Assembly (NCBI GenBank): GCA_043784905.1 | Contig: JAYVXV010000108.1 | Span: 1 to 50,129 of the forward strand | Reading direction: 5' to 3' | DNA length: 50,129 bases | Origin: Holophagaceae bacterium | Lineage (GTDB): Bacteria; Acidobacteriota; Holophagae; Holophagales; Holophagaceae | In this document: piece after piece, positions 20,618 through 28,829 of the stretch | How positions within the stretch are numbered: position 1 is the stretch's first letter | Layout: each line of letters starts with the position of its first letter | Made by a program: the position numbers and the translations under genes | The notes under the pieces: model-generated | The model's input: only the letters and a program-made list of their open reading frames with translations | Told to the model about the DNA's origin: nothing | Database searches by the model: none

Positions 20618-21619
20618 ACGCGCTTCCTGATCGTGATAGTGGGCGAGTAGTTCTTCGGCGGTGACGGTGGCGGTGCCCACCTTGGCGACGACGACACCTG
20701 CCGCTGCATTGGCGAGCATGGCGGCGTCTTTCCAATCGGCGCCGCTGGCCACCGCGGCGCTGAAAGCCGCGATAACCGTGTCCCCTGCGCCGCTCACGTC
20801 GAAGACTTCCCGGGCCATGGTGGGTATGGTCCAAGGTTGGCGATGATCCTCAGCAGGCACGAAGAGCGCCATGCCCTTTTCGCTACGGGTGATGAGCAGA
20901 CCTTGCAGCCCTAAGGCATCTACCAAGGCGCGGCCTGCGATGGAAACTTCCGCGTCGGTTTTTGCGACCAGCCCGGTGAGTTCGGTGGTCTCTTTGGTAT
21001 TGGGGGTCATCAACGTAGCGCCTTGGTACAAGGCCCGATGGGCGGGCTTGGGATCCACGATCCAGGGGATGGCGTGACGGGTGCAGGTCTTACGAACGGC
21101 CTCCATTACTACCGGGCCGATGACCCCCTTGGCATAGTCCGAAACGATGAGTGCGCCCACCGACGCCAAGCCCATGTCCAAGCGTTCCACCAGGTCCGCA
21201 ATGACATCGCCATCCAGGTCCCGCAGCTCTTCGCGGTCAATGCGAAGCATCTGCTGAGTCTGACCAATGACGCGGGTTTTGATGATGGTGGGGCGAGATG
21301 AATCCAGCACCAATCCGTCGCTTGAGATGCCGCTGAGCGCTAGAGATTCCATGAGACGCTCGCCCGCCGCATCGTTTTTCAACGTTCCGATGAGTAAGGG
21401 CTCCGCCCCCAGAGCGCGAAGGTTGGCCGCTACGTTCGCCGCGCCGCCCAGCACCGCGTTTTCCCGCACCACCCGCACGATGGGCACCGGGGCTTCCGGT
21501 GAGATGCGATTTACTTCGCCAAATAAATATTCATCCAAAATAAGATCGCCCAGCACCGCCACCTTGAGCCCGCAGATACGCGCCAGCAGCGATTCCGCGT
21601 GAGTTCGGTCGAGCTTCAC
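20615..21619 (-). CDS. D-glycero-beta-D-manno-heptose-7-phosphate kinase (RfaE/HldE domain I, PfkB family)
   Basis: Contains VAVLGDLILDEYLFGEVNRISPEAPVPIV and C-terminal DVSGAGDTVIAAF. The GTG at 21617-21619 overlaps the upstream stop (GTGA). No adenylyltransferase domain II is present. Confidence 0.8.
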   Translation of the reverse strand: MKLDRTHAESLLARICGLKVAVLGDLILDEYLFGEVNRISPEAPVPIVRVVRENAVLGGAANVAANLRALGAEPLLIGTLKNDAAGERLMESLALSGISSDGLVLDSSRPTIIKTRVIGQTQQMLRIDREELRDLDGDVIADLVERLDMGLASVGALIVSDYAKGVIGPVVMEAVRKTCTRHAIPWIVDPKPAHRALYQGATLMTPNTKETTELTGLVAKTDAEVSIAGRALVDALGLQGLLITRSEKGMALFVPAEDHRQPWTIPTMAREVFDVSGAGDTVIAAFSAAVASGADWKDAAMLANAAAGVVVAKVGTATVTAEELLAHYHDQEAR

Positions 21620-21801
21620 GCGGGCACCTTTTTGGCGTGATCTACGAGCATGACCGGAATGCCATCCTCGACAGGATAGAGTAGCCCGCATCTTAAGCAA
21701 TGAAGCCCATCAGGTGTTTCATTCAAGTCCCCATGGCAGGGCTTCCCCTCGAAATCGGCAGGGCAACAAAGGATGTCGAGAAGGCGGGGATCAAGAGTCA
21801 T
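21616..21801 (-). CDS. Trm112/UPF0434 family small zinc-ribbon-like protein
   Basis: 61 aa reading LLDILCCPADFEGKPCHGDL...LHCLRCGLLYPVEDGIPVML. Confidence 0.8.
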   Translation of the reverse strand: MTLDPRLLDILCCPADFEGKPCHGDLNETPDGLHCLRCGLLYPVEDGIPVMLVDHAKKVPA

Positions 21802-21832
21802 GCTCCCAACACTATCAGGCGTCGCGTTCGCA

Positions 21833-21935
21833 CTTAGGAGCCGTTAGAAAATAACCAGTACTTTTCTGGGTATGTTGTTACGGCCCCTTCTGCCGGACCG
21901 CCATCGCAATGACAAAGTTATTTTGATACAACGGC
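21833..21935 (-). repeat. 104-bp direct repeat, copy 1 (leader upstream of the Trm112-like gene)
   Basis: Aligns to 24159-24262 with 8 mismatches and 1 indel. It ends 32 nt upstream of the ATG at 21801 and starts 16 nt after the sigma gene stop. Confidence 0.85.
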
Positions 21936-21950
21936 GCACCTGGAGAGCGA

Positions 21951-23042
21951 TCAGGGCTTCCCCGGCGGCGGACGGGTCCAGGCCACAACGATGTCGCCGG
22001 GCGAGGTTGCACGGGAGCCATCCCGCTCCAGCGTGATGCGCAGTGATTCGGGCAAGGCGGCGAGGGGCGGGGCTTCGATGATACGCATGGCGTGGCCCGA
22101 AGCACCTGGCTCAACGCGGCCGAGATCCATCCATGTTCCATTCTGGAGGGTCCAAATTTCGTAGTGGCTACCTTCAGACCCCGTGGGGAAGTGGGACAGT
22201 GTAAGCACCACGGTGGACTGGCCCAGCTCCACGCGGTACGTGGCATGGATCGTCTGCTCAGGATCGCCGTTCAAGCCTGGGGGGACCAGGCGCAGGGTCT
22301 GCACACGGCTGCTGGTGAGCATCTGGAGGGCGCGTTGTTCGCGTGAACTGGTGCGGCGCAGGTAGATCGCCGAAGTTGTGGTGATGAGGAGAAGTCCCAC
22401 CGCGACCCATGTCGCAAACTGCACGTTGAGTTTCTGGAGCCCTGAGCGGATGCGCGTCTTCACGGTGCCCAAGGGGACTTGAAGCAAGCGCGCCACCTCC
22501 TCGTGGCTAAGTTCGTTGAAAAAAGCCATGGAAAGGGCCTGTCGCTGAGCCAGAGGCAAGGCCTGCAGCGCCGTCTGGAGTGCCGAGCGCTGGTATTCCC
22601 GCCAGACCGCCTCATCCGGGCCAGGGTCGTGGGCCAGCAATTCCTCAACGCCTTGTGCGACATCTACGGACCCTTGAGGCCGCCGGGAGCGGGCGCGCAG
22701 TTCATTGACGATGCGATGGTGCGCGATCTGGAGCAGCCAGGGTTTCAAGGGCCCGCGGACGGGATCAAAACTGATGGCCCGGGTCCAGAGCGCGAGAAAG
22801 ACTTCTTGCGTGATTTCTTCAGCAGCGGGTCGGTCCAGGCTCTTGCAGGCCACATAGAAGACCAGCGGCGCGTAGCGCTGGTGCAAGGCCTGAAGCGCCT
22901 CGTGGCTTCCCGCCGCGACCTGTCCGACCAAGTCTTCGTCGCTCGAGACCGCCTGCGAAAACAAATTTGAATCGGTCACGAGAACCTCAGTGGAAGACTG
23001 CCAGCTGGACGCTCGGATGCAAGCCGTTTCAATGCTTGGCAT
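21951..23042 (-). CDS. ECF sigma factor fused to a transmembrane helix and a periplasmic RskA-like domain
   Basis: Sigma region 2 (EITQEVFLALW...PWLLQIAHHRIVNELR) and region 4 (LSHEEVARLLQVPLGTVKTRIRSGLQKL), then the TM segment WVAVGLLLITTTSAIYL and about 150 aa with an RskA-like pattern (HYEIWTL). Start is the ATG at 23042 (14-nt overlap with tatA); the GTG at 22979 is an alternative. Confidence 0.75.
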   Translation of the reverse strand: MPSIETACIRASSWQSSTEVLVTDSNLFSQAVSSDEDLVGQVAAGSHEALQALHQRYAPLVFYVACKSLDRPAAEEITQEVFLALWTRAISFDPVRGPLKPWLLQIAHHRIVNELRARSRRPQGSVDVAQGVEELLAHDPGPDEAVWREYQRSALQTALQALPLAQRQALSMAFFNELSHEEVARLLQVPLGTVKTRIRSGLQKLNVQFATWVAVGLLLITTTSAIYLRRTSSREQRALQMLTSSRVQTLRLVPPGLNGDPEQTIHATYRVELGQSTVVLTLSHFPTGSEGSHYEIWTLQNGTWMDLGRVEPGASGHAMRIIEAPPLAALPESLRITLERDGSRATSPGDIVVAWTRPPPGKP

Positions 23043-23205
23043 CGTCTCCGGGAAGGATCTCTCCGGTGAGTTCGCGGCTAGCCTTCTTGAATTCCTGGAT
23101 GCCCCGGCCCAAGGATTTACCCAGGTCCGGCAGGCGTGAGGGCCCAAAGAAAATCAGCAGGGCGCCGCCGATCAGGAGCATCTCGGTGATACCTAGGTTG
23201 CCCAT
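23029..23205 (-). CDS. tatA: Twin-arginine translocase subunit TatA/E
   Basis: 58 aa beginning MGNLGITEMLLIGGALLIFFGPSRLPDLGKSLGRGIQEFKKA, the canonical TatA sequence. GGAG lies upstream of the ATG at 23203-23205. Confidence 0.85.
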   Translation of the reverse strand: MGNLGITEMLLIGGALLIFFGPSRLPDLGKSLGRGIQEFKKASRELTGEILPGDDAKH

Positions 23206-23657
23206 GGGGACTCCGTAGAAATAATGGTCTGTGAGATCGCTTCGGCTTCGGGGAAGACCATCTTGCCGCCCCAGTGGCCCGCTGCCCCCCAAAGCGCCAT
23301 CCATAGCAGCGCGACCGCCAGCGCAGGCCGGACCTTCTTGGTTTCGATGAAGCATAACGCAGCGATTCCCACACCGAGACCGCCTAAAGCTAGCCATTGG
23401 TGGGTGGTGAGCAAGCCGGGGTGACCTGGCGTAAAGGCGCCTGGGGCGATGAGGTCCATGCTTCGAGCCCACAAGAACCCGCTGAGGACCGCCACGATCC
23501 CGCCCGCGAAACCGCACCAGGCCAGCAGGCGCGCGGCTGGCAACCACTCAGGTTTCTTCAAAGAGAGCCCTAATGTAAGCGGCAATAACAGGCTCGCGGC
23601 GATGGGCAGATGTACGAAGGCCGGATGCTCCCGGGCGAACCATTCAAAGACGGGCAT
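23193..23657 (-). CDS. Membrane protein, DUF2231-like
   Basis: Starts MPVFEWFAREHPAFVHLPIA (the HP..VH.PIA N-terminus is typical of DUF2231 as I recall it). It has 4 hydrophobic segments. The ATG at 23657 overlaps the Rieske stop by 14 nt, and its own stop overlaps the tatA start by 13 nt. Confidence 0.55.
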   Translation of the reverse strand: MPVFEWFAREHPAFVHLPIAASLLLPLTLGLSLKKPEWLPAARLLAWCGFAGGIVAVLSGFLWARSMDLIAPGAFTPGHPGLLTTHQWLALGGLGVGIAALCFIETKKVRPALAVALLWMALWGAAGHWGGKMVFPEAEAISQTIISTESPWAT

Positions 23658-24138
23658 CGGATGCCACCGTCTTTCCGAGGTCCACCACCAGCGGGCCGCC
23701 GGGGGTGGACTCATGGACCTCGAAGTGCTTGAGTGGCAACTTGGCGGGCCCTTGAGTGACGGCACCCCCTAGATCAAACCCACTGCCGTGGCAGGGACAA
23801 TCGAAGGCCGTTCCGGCTAGATGTACGCTGCACCCCGCGTGGGTGCAAAGTGATGACATCGCGTAGATGCCTTTTGGGTCCGCCACCAGAAAAAAGTTAC
23901 CGAGCTTGCGGTAGTCCTTCACCTGGCCGGACGAAAGACCGGCCTTCGTATCGGGAACCTGTTTCAGGCCGCCTTCCCCGAGCGGCACGGGCGGTGAATA
24001 GCCTGTGTTGCCCGCGTAGGCCGGGTTTGCTGCGCCCGCCGCACCGGCGATGGCGAGCATGGCCAGAGCGGAGCAGCTGAGCTTGCAAAAGTCGCGACGG
24101 TCGTCAGAGAGCGTTTCTTCAGGTACCTGGTTACTCAT
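23644..24138 (-). CDS. Rieske 2Fe-2S protein with Tat signal peptide
   Basis: Twin-arginine motif SDDRRDFCKLS with an A-rich h-region ending PAYA. Rieske boxes CTHAGCSVH and CPCHGSGF. Confidence 0.85.
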   Translation of the reverse strand: MSNQVPEETLSDDRRDFCKLSCSALAMLAIAGAAGAANPAYAGNTGYSPPVPLGEGGLKQVPDTKAGLSSGQVKDYRKLGNFFLVADPKGIYAMSSLCTHAGCSVHLAGTAFDCPCHGSGFDLGGAVTQGPAKLPLKHFEVHESTPGGPLVVDLGKTVASDARL

Positions 24139-24158
24139 GTCTCACCTTCCTCTCAGGC

Positions 24159-24262
24159 CTTAGGAGTCGTTACGAAATAACCAGTACTTTTCTGGGTATT
24201 TTGTTACGGCCCCTTATGCCGGACCGTCATTGCAATGACAAAGTCAATTTTGATACAACGGC
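24159..24262 (-). repeat. 104-bp direct repeat, copy 2 (leader upstream of the Rieske gene)
   Basis: About 91% identical to 21833-21935. It ends 21 nt upstream of the ATG at 24138. Its distal 19 nt encode the last residues (PLYQN) and the stop codon of the metallophosphoesterase. It contains a perfect 14-bp palindrome, gtcattgcaatgac (24226-24239). Confidence 0.85.
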
Positions 24263-25182
24263 TTGCGCAGCGGAATCTCATCCAAGATCAGCGAGGTTTT
24301 CGGCGCATGGAAGAATGATTTTCCCCGGGCCTCTGCATCCACCTCGCGAAAACCCAGGCCACGATAGGGCGCTGCGAGATCCCAGGGCACCGGCGCCCGC
24401 TTGGGGCGCGAGCCCGGCGCGGGCAGCGGGAAGATGAGGGAAGTCGCCGCGTGGTGGGCGATGTGACCGGTATTGAAATGGTGCTCCTGATGGATGTGGC
24501 CGTAGAAAACCGTCACATGCTCGAAGGGTTCCAGCAGGGCCAATGCGTCGGCGCCATCCAGGGTCGCCCAGTCCCAGTCCGGGTAAAGATCGAAGAGTGG
24601 CCGGTGGGTTAAGACCACGATGGGCTTGGATTTGTCGAGGCGCGCCAGATCCTCCGCCAGCCATTTCAGCTGGGCCTCGCCTAGCTTGGAGCCCGGCAAG
24701 GAGACATTGTCGAGGGCGATGAAGTGGAAGCCGCCGTGGTCGAAGGTGTAATGCGTAGGGCCAAAGAACTCCCTAAAGGCCTCGCCTTGGTCCGGCGCGG
24801 CGTCATGCTCGCCCGGAAGGTAGTAGATCTTTTGCACCTTCAGCTTGGACACCATGTCCCTGAACTGGCTCATGCGCGCGCGCCGCTCTTTGCCGTCATC
24901 CGTCGTATGGGTGAGATCGCCCGTGAAAACGATGAAATCGGGTTGCTCCTTGAGTGCATTCACCGCCTCGATGGCCTTGGGCAGCGTGCCTGTCGCGTCG
25001 GGATTGGCAGGGCCGGCGTAGCCTAGGTGAGTATCCGTGAGCTGGACGAAGTGGAAATCCTTGGGGGCCAGCGCGAGGCTCGCCGCCCTGGCAGGCGCGG
25101 CGAATCCATCGAGGCCAGAGGCGAACACCACGCCGCCGATGCCCATCATGCGGAGAAAATCTTTTCGGTTCATTTCGGACAT
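24244..25182 (-). CDS. Metallophosphoesterase (calcineurin-like) with Tat-type signal
   Basis: Motifs VQLTDTHLG, GDLTHT, LPGEHD, LTHRP and GHIHQEHH. N-terminus MSEMNRKDFLRMMGIGGVVFASG...APARA. GGGAG lies upstream of the ATG at 25180-25182. Confidence 0.8.
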   Translation of the reverse strand: MSEMNRKDFLRMMGIGGVVFASGLDGFAAPARAASLALAPKDFHFVQLTDTHLGYAGPANPDATGTLPKAIEAVNALKEQPDFIVFTGDLTHTTDDGKERRARMSQFRDMVSKLKVQKIYYLPGEHDAAPDQGEAFREFFGPTHYTFDHGGFHFIALDNVSLPGSKLGEAQLKWLAEDLARLDKSKPIVVLTHRPLFDLYPDWDWATLDGADALALLEPFEHVTVFYGHIHQEHHFNTGHIAHHAATSLIFPLPAPGSRPKRAPVPWDLAAPYRGLGFREVDAEARGKSFFHAPKTSLILDEIPLRKPLYQN

Positions 25183-25307
25183 GGGGGCTCCCGGACCAGT
25201 TTGGAATGGGAGGCCGTAAGCGCCTCCATTCCTTATTACACCGTAGAGCGGGGTCTGGATTGGGTGGGGCAAAAATTAGAGGGACAGACCACCTCATCAC
25301 TCCATAC

Positions 25308-27068
25308 CTAGCAGAGCGTGTACTTGGGGCCGCCGCCGCCTTCGGGTGGAGTCCAGATCACGTTTTCTTCGGGACACTTGATGTCGCAGGTTTTGCAGTG
25401 GACGCAATTGGAAAAAGCGATGTCCACTTTCTTTACCGCCCCCTTCTCATCGGGGTGCATTTCGTAGACCTGGGCGGGGCAAAAGATGGTGCAGGGCGCC
25501 CCTTTTTCGTCCCAGCAAGTAACGCAAACATGATCGCCCTTGGTGATCTTGAGGTGGCCCGGCTGATGCTCGTCATGCATGGTTCCGGATGCGTAGACAT
25601 CATCGAGCTTCGAGATGAATTGCTTGCCATCGAATTTTACGCCCCAATCAAGGTCGTCGCGCTTGAGGCCCTTCTTGTTGTAATAGGCCTCGGTGGTTTG
25701 AGTGGTGCTGGCGTCGCTGTGGGATCTCATCGGATCACCCGGCACCCAGCCGCTCGTGGCTAACGCAAAGCCAATGTTGATGGCCGCGCCGGGCGTCAGA
25801 CCGTGCTCAATGGAGGCATGGAAATTTCGCGCCTTGTAAAGCTCATTGCCTGCCCAGGAATTCATGAAAGCCTTGCTGTAGCGCATCAGTGACCGGTCAG
25901 AAAAATCATTTTCTTTCAAGGCAGAAAGAATGGTTTCCGCCGCGCACATCCCGCCCTTCATACCGAGGTGGATGCCTTTCAATCGAGCTGCATTCACCAT
26001 CTGTGCGGCGTCGCCCACCAACATGCCTCCAGCAAAAGCCAGGCGCGGCATGGAGTACCAGCCGCCGATGGCCAAGGCCTTGCCGCCGTACTGGATCATC
26101 TTGCCGCCCGCTAACATCGGCGCGATGCGGGGATGAGCTTTGAATTTTTGCAAAATCAAATGCGCGTCCACAAAGGGATCTTTCGTGTCGAGGCTCACCA
26201 CGTAGCCGATGCTGATGCGATTGGCGCCCATGGCGTAGACCCAGGACCCGCCGCTTTCTCCATCGGCCAGGGGCCAGCCTGTGCTGTGCAGTACGAAGCC
26301 CGGCTCAATGTTGCCCGTCGGCACTTCCCAAACTTCTTTCACGCCCATTTCGTAGACTTGGGGATTTTTTGCGGAAGCCTGAAGGTTCAACACCTCGTCC
26401 AGCTCGCGGCTCAGGTGACCGCGAGGGCCTTCGCCAAAAACCGTGACTTTGGCTTTCAGATTGTTGCCCGGCTCGAAGTTTGATTTCTTCGTGCCATCAG
26501 CATTGACGCCCTTGTCGGCGGTCTGCACGCCAACCACCTTCTTCTCGCCATTGGGGCCGCCATCCCAAAGCACTTTCATACCCGCGAATCCGGGCAGCAG
26601 CATCACGTCCACGCCCGCCACCTCGCGGGCCTCAAGCTGGGCCGCCATCCATCGCACAACTTTGGACAGCGACACCACATGATTACCGTGGTTCTGCAAG
26701 AAGGGCGGCGGCACCGGGAACTGAAAGCCGCCTCGCTCCGTGAGCATCCACACTTCTTCGGAAGTGACCTCGCCTTCGGAAGGAAAACCCTTGGCCATGA
26801 AATCGGGCACCAGCTCTTTCAATGCCGAAGGATCCAACACCGCACCACTGAAGGCGTGGTCACCGATCTCGTCACCTTTCTCGATGAGGCCGATGGTGAG
26901 GCCTTCAAGTTTCTTCGCGCCAGGGGTCTTGTTGTGAGCTTCGATGAGATCGAGCAGGCGCCACATCCCCGCCAGATTGGAAGGCCCCGCGCCCACAAAA
27001 AGCACATCGAAATCCAGTTCCTCGCGTGCAACATCAGGCCGGGCCGACTGGGTCGAAAAATCGCGCAT
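25308..27068 (-). CDS. Electron transfer flavoprotein-ubiquinone oxidoreductase (ETF-QO)
   Basis: FAD motif DVLFVGAGPSNLAG and C-terminal 4Fe-4S region NCVHCKTCDIKCP. The ATG at 27066-27068 is preceded by GGAG. The ORF extension to 27257 lies inside a repeat element. Confidence 0.9.
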   Translation of the reverse strand: MRDFSTQSARPDVAREELDFDVLFVGAGPSNLAGMWRLLDLIEAHNKTPGAKKLEGLTIGLIEKGDEIGDHAFSGAVLDPSALKELVPDFMAKGFPSEGEVTSEEVWMLTERGGFQFPVPPPFLQNHGNHVVSLSKVVRWMAAQLEAREVAGVDVMLLPGFAGMKVLWDGGPNGEKKVVGVQTADKGVNADGTKKSNFEPGNNLKAKVTVFGEGPRGHLSRELDEVLNLQASAKNPQVYEMGVKEVWEVPTGNIEPGFVLHSTGWPLADGESGGSWVYAMGANRISIGYVVSLDTKDPFVDAHLILQKFKAHPRIAPMLAGGKMIQYGGKALAIGGWYSMPRLAFAGGMLVGDAAQMVNAARLKGIHLGMKGGMCAAETILSALKENDFSDRSLMRYSKAFMNSWAGNELYKARNFHASIEHGLTPGAAINIGFALATSGWVPGDPMRSHSDASTTQTTEAYYNKKGLKRDDLDWGVKFDGKQFISKLDDVYASGTMHDEHQPGHLKITKGDHVCVTCWDEKGAPCTIFCPAQVYEMHPDEKGAVKKVDIAFSNCVHCKTCDIKCPEENVIWTPPEGGGGPKYTLC

Positions 27069-27152
27069 GGGGAACTCCAGCAAACAAAAACCCAGTTTAG
27101 CGAAGTTCCGCCTGAGCACCCCATTGGGCATGGATGGCTCATTTGTTCCAGG

Positions 27153-27305
27153 CAGAAAAGGAAACCGCGAATGGTGCCAATGACGCGAAAAATGACTAAA
27201 GCAATGCCTTGGGGCAATGTGTCGTGACCTTCTGTAACGAATTTTTTTCGCGATCATTTCTTATTCGCGAGCATTCGCGTCATTCGCGGTTGGCCTTCTT
27301 TTGAA
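27153..27305. repeat. Word-arm palindromic element (words CGCGAAT / ATTCGCG)
   Basis: The left arm cagaaaaggaaaccgcgaatggtgccaatgacgcgaaaaatgac (27153-27196) pairs with the right arm tttttttcgcgatcatttcttattcgcgagcattcgcgtcattcgcggttggccttcttttgaa (27242-27305). It lies in a divergent promoter gap. Confidence 0.7.
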
Positions 27306-27317
27306 TCCACCGTCCCC

Positions 27318-27707
27318 ATGAACTGTCAGAATCAGGGAATGGAAAAGCTCGGATCCACCGAACGTCTAGCTTTTGAAGCCGCCGTCGAGAGGCCTCTGTC
27401 CGTGGTTTTTCAGACCTCCGATGGGAAATGGGAGGGCCACGACTACGTAGTGGAAGTCATCACCACTCGGCAGGGGCTGGATGGTTTCGATGTGGTCATG
27501 GATTTTCGGGATCTTGAGGCGGTGATGGATCGCATCCTCTTACCTTTTCAAGGGAAGCTGCTCTCAGAGCTGGGCCTTGCCGGACCCCTGGAACTAGCAA
27601 AAAAACTCGCCGCCGAATTATCGCCCCATGTGCCCGCTCCTGCCCGCATTGCTGAAGTGGCGCTCACCGATGGACGGGGACGCCGCCTTGCCGTGCGGCC
27701 TTCCTAA
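27318..27707 (+). CDS. 6-pyruvoyl-tetrahydropterin synthase/QueD-like protein (divergent)
   Basis: GHDYVVEVITT and VVMDFRDLEAVMDRILLPF resemble PTPS-fold motifs. The assignment is weak. M8 (27339) is a possible alternative start. Confidence 0.45.
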   Translation: MNCQNQGMEKLGSTERLAFEAAVERPLSVVFQTSDGKWEGHDYVVEVITTRQGLDGFDVVMDFRDLEAVMDRILLPFQGKLLSELGLAGPLELAKKLAAELSPHVPAPARIAEVALTDGRGRRLAVRPS

Positions 27708-27708
27708 C

Positions 27709-28380
27709 ATGCGCCTGCGACCTTGGCTGGAGATGCCTGCCTACCTCGTCGCAGCGATGGTGTTGGCATGGTTCTCCAACGCTTTGGCGGGGCCCACGCG
27801 GCGACTGTCGTGGCGACCCCATGAACCTGTGAAGCCTGCGGCCTCAAGCACCCCGACGGCTTCAGTCGCTTCGCCTATAGCCGTGTCCGCACCGCCCATC
27901 GCCGCGCCGTCTTTGCCGAGACTCAAAGCGACTCGTCCTGTGGCGGCGCCCAAGGGTGTTGCACCCAGGGCCACGGCGACCTTGGATCCCAAGGCCGAAT
28001 TGCTGAAGCGATTTCCGCCCCTGGTGGACGCTACGCAGGCGGACATCCGAGGTGAAGAAGCCCAATGGCTCCATGCCCACGGCGTCCTGTTTCTGGATGC
28101 GCGGCGTACGGCGGTATACGTGGATGGCCACATCTCAGGCGCCAAACGTTTTTCCGCCTGGGAAGACGGACTCGTCGAAAAGGTGGATCAACTCGCGGCC
28201 TTCGCTCCGGATCTCAGGCTGCCCGTGGTGGTCTACTGCTCCGGCGGCGATTGCCACGATAGTCACCTGGTGGCGCAAAAATTGTGGCAGGCAGGCTTCC
28301 GCAATTGTCGCATTTACACCGATGGTTTTCCGGATTGGAAATCGCGAAAACTGAGCGTGACCAAGGGTGAGAAGCCATGA
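27709..28380 (+). CDS. Membrane-anchored rhodanese-domain protein
   Basis: N-terminal TM PAYLVAAMVLAWFSNALAG, an Ala/Pro-rich linker, and a rhodanese core VLFLDARR..YVDGHISGA with active-site loop VVYCSGGDCHDS. The ATG is 1 nt after the upstream stop. Confidence 0.75.
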   Translation: MRLRPWLEMPAYLVAAMVLAWFSNALAGPTRRLSWRPHEPVKPAASSTPTASVASPIAVSAPPIAAPSLPRLKATRPVAAPKGVAPRATATLDPKAELLKRFPPLVDATQADIRGEEAQWLHAHGVLFLDARRTAVYVDGHISGAKRFSAWEDGLVEKVDQLAAFAPDLRLPVVVYCSGGDCHDSHLVAQKLWQAGFRNCRIYTDGFPDWKSRKLSVTKGEKP

Positions 28381-28829
28381 AAGATTGGCTCTTTCATCCC
28401 ATCGTGCTGCGTCTCTCTCGTTGGGTTCTTGGCGTGGTGATGATCGGCGCGGCGATCCCAAAAATCATCGATCCGCCGGGCTTTGCACAGAGCATTTTCG
28501 CATACGGCATTCTGCCGATGGCCTTGGTGTCGCCCGTGGCGATGACCTTGCCTTGGCTCGAACTGATCACCGCGCTTGGGCTGGTCTTCGGTATCGCGCG
28601 GCGCGGCGCGGCGCTGCTGATATTGGGCCTCATGCTGATGTTCATGGGGGGACTCAGCCTGAATCTGTTTCGGCACAATCCAATTGACTGCGGTTGTTTC
28701 GGCGCTTCTAAGATTCATAAAACTCAAGACCAACGGCTCTTTGACATGAAGCTGGCGCTATTGCGAGATCTTGGGCTCGCCCTGCTGGCGCTTCATGCGC
28801 TGGCCGTGCGGACAAGAAAACCGCAGTGA
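28377..28829 (+). CDS. MauE/DoxX family membrane protein
   Basis: 150 aa with 4 TM segments. N-terminus RLSRWVLGVVMIGAAIPKIIDPPGFAQSIFAYGILP and a CGCFG motif. ATGA overlap with the rhodanese gene. Confidence 0.7.
   Translation: MKDWLFHPIVLRLSRWVLGVVMIGAAIPKIIDPPGFAQSIFAYGILPMALVSPVAMTLPWLELITALGLVFGIARRGAALLILGLMLMFMGGLSLNLFRHNPIDCGCFGASKIHKTQDQRLFDMKLALLRDLGLALLALHALAVRTRKPQ

Noticed and set aside
21936-24158. Mobile genetic island or integrative element between the 104-bp direct repeats
   Set aside because: No integrase, transposase, relaxase or tRNA attachment site lies inside or beside the segment. The repeats are 9% diverged. I kept it only as a duplication-scar or shared-leader hypothesis, not as a mobile element call.
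24159-24262. Assignment of the 104-bp leader to a known riboswitch class or to an ECF-type promoter
   Set aside because: I could not match it to any riboswitch consensus I know. GTAAC and CGTAAC boxes are present but 28 nt apart, which is wrong for ECF -35/-10 spacing. It is left unclassified.
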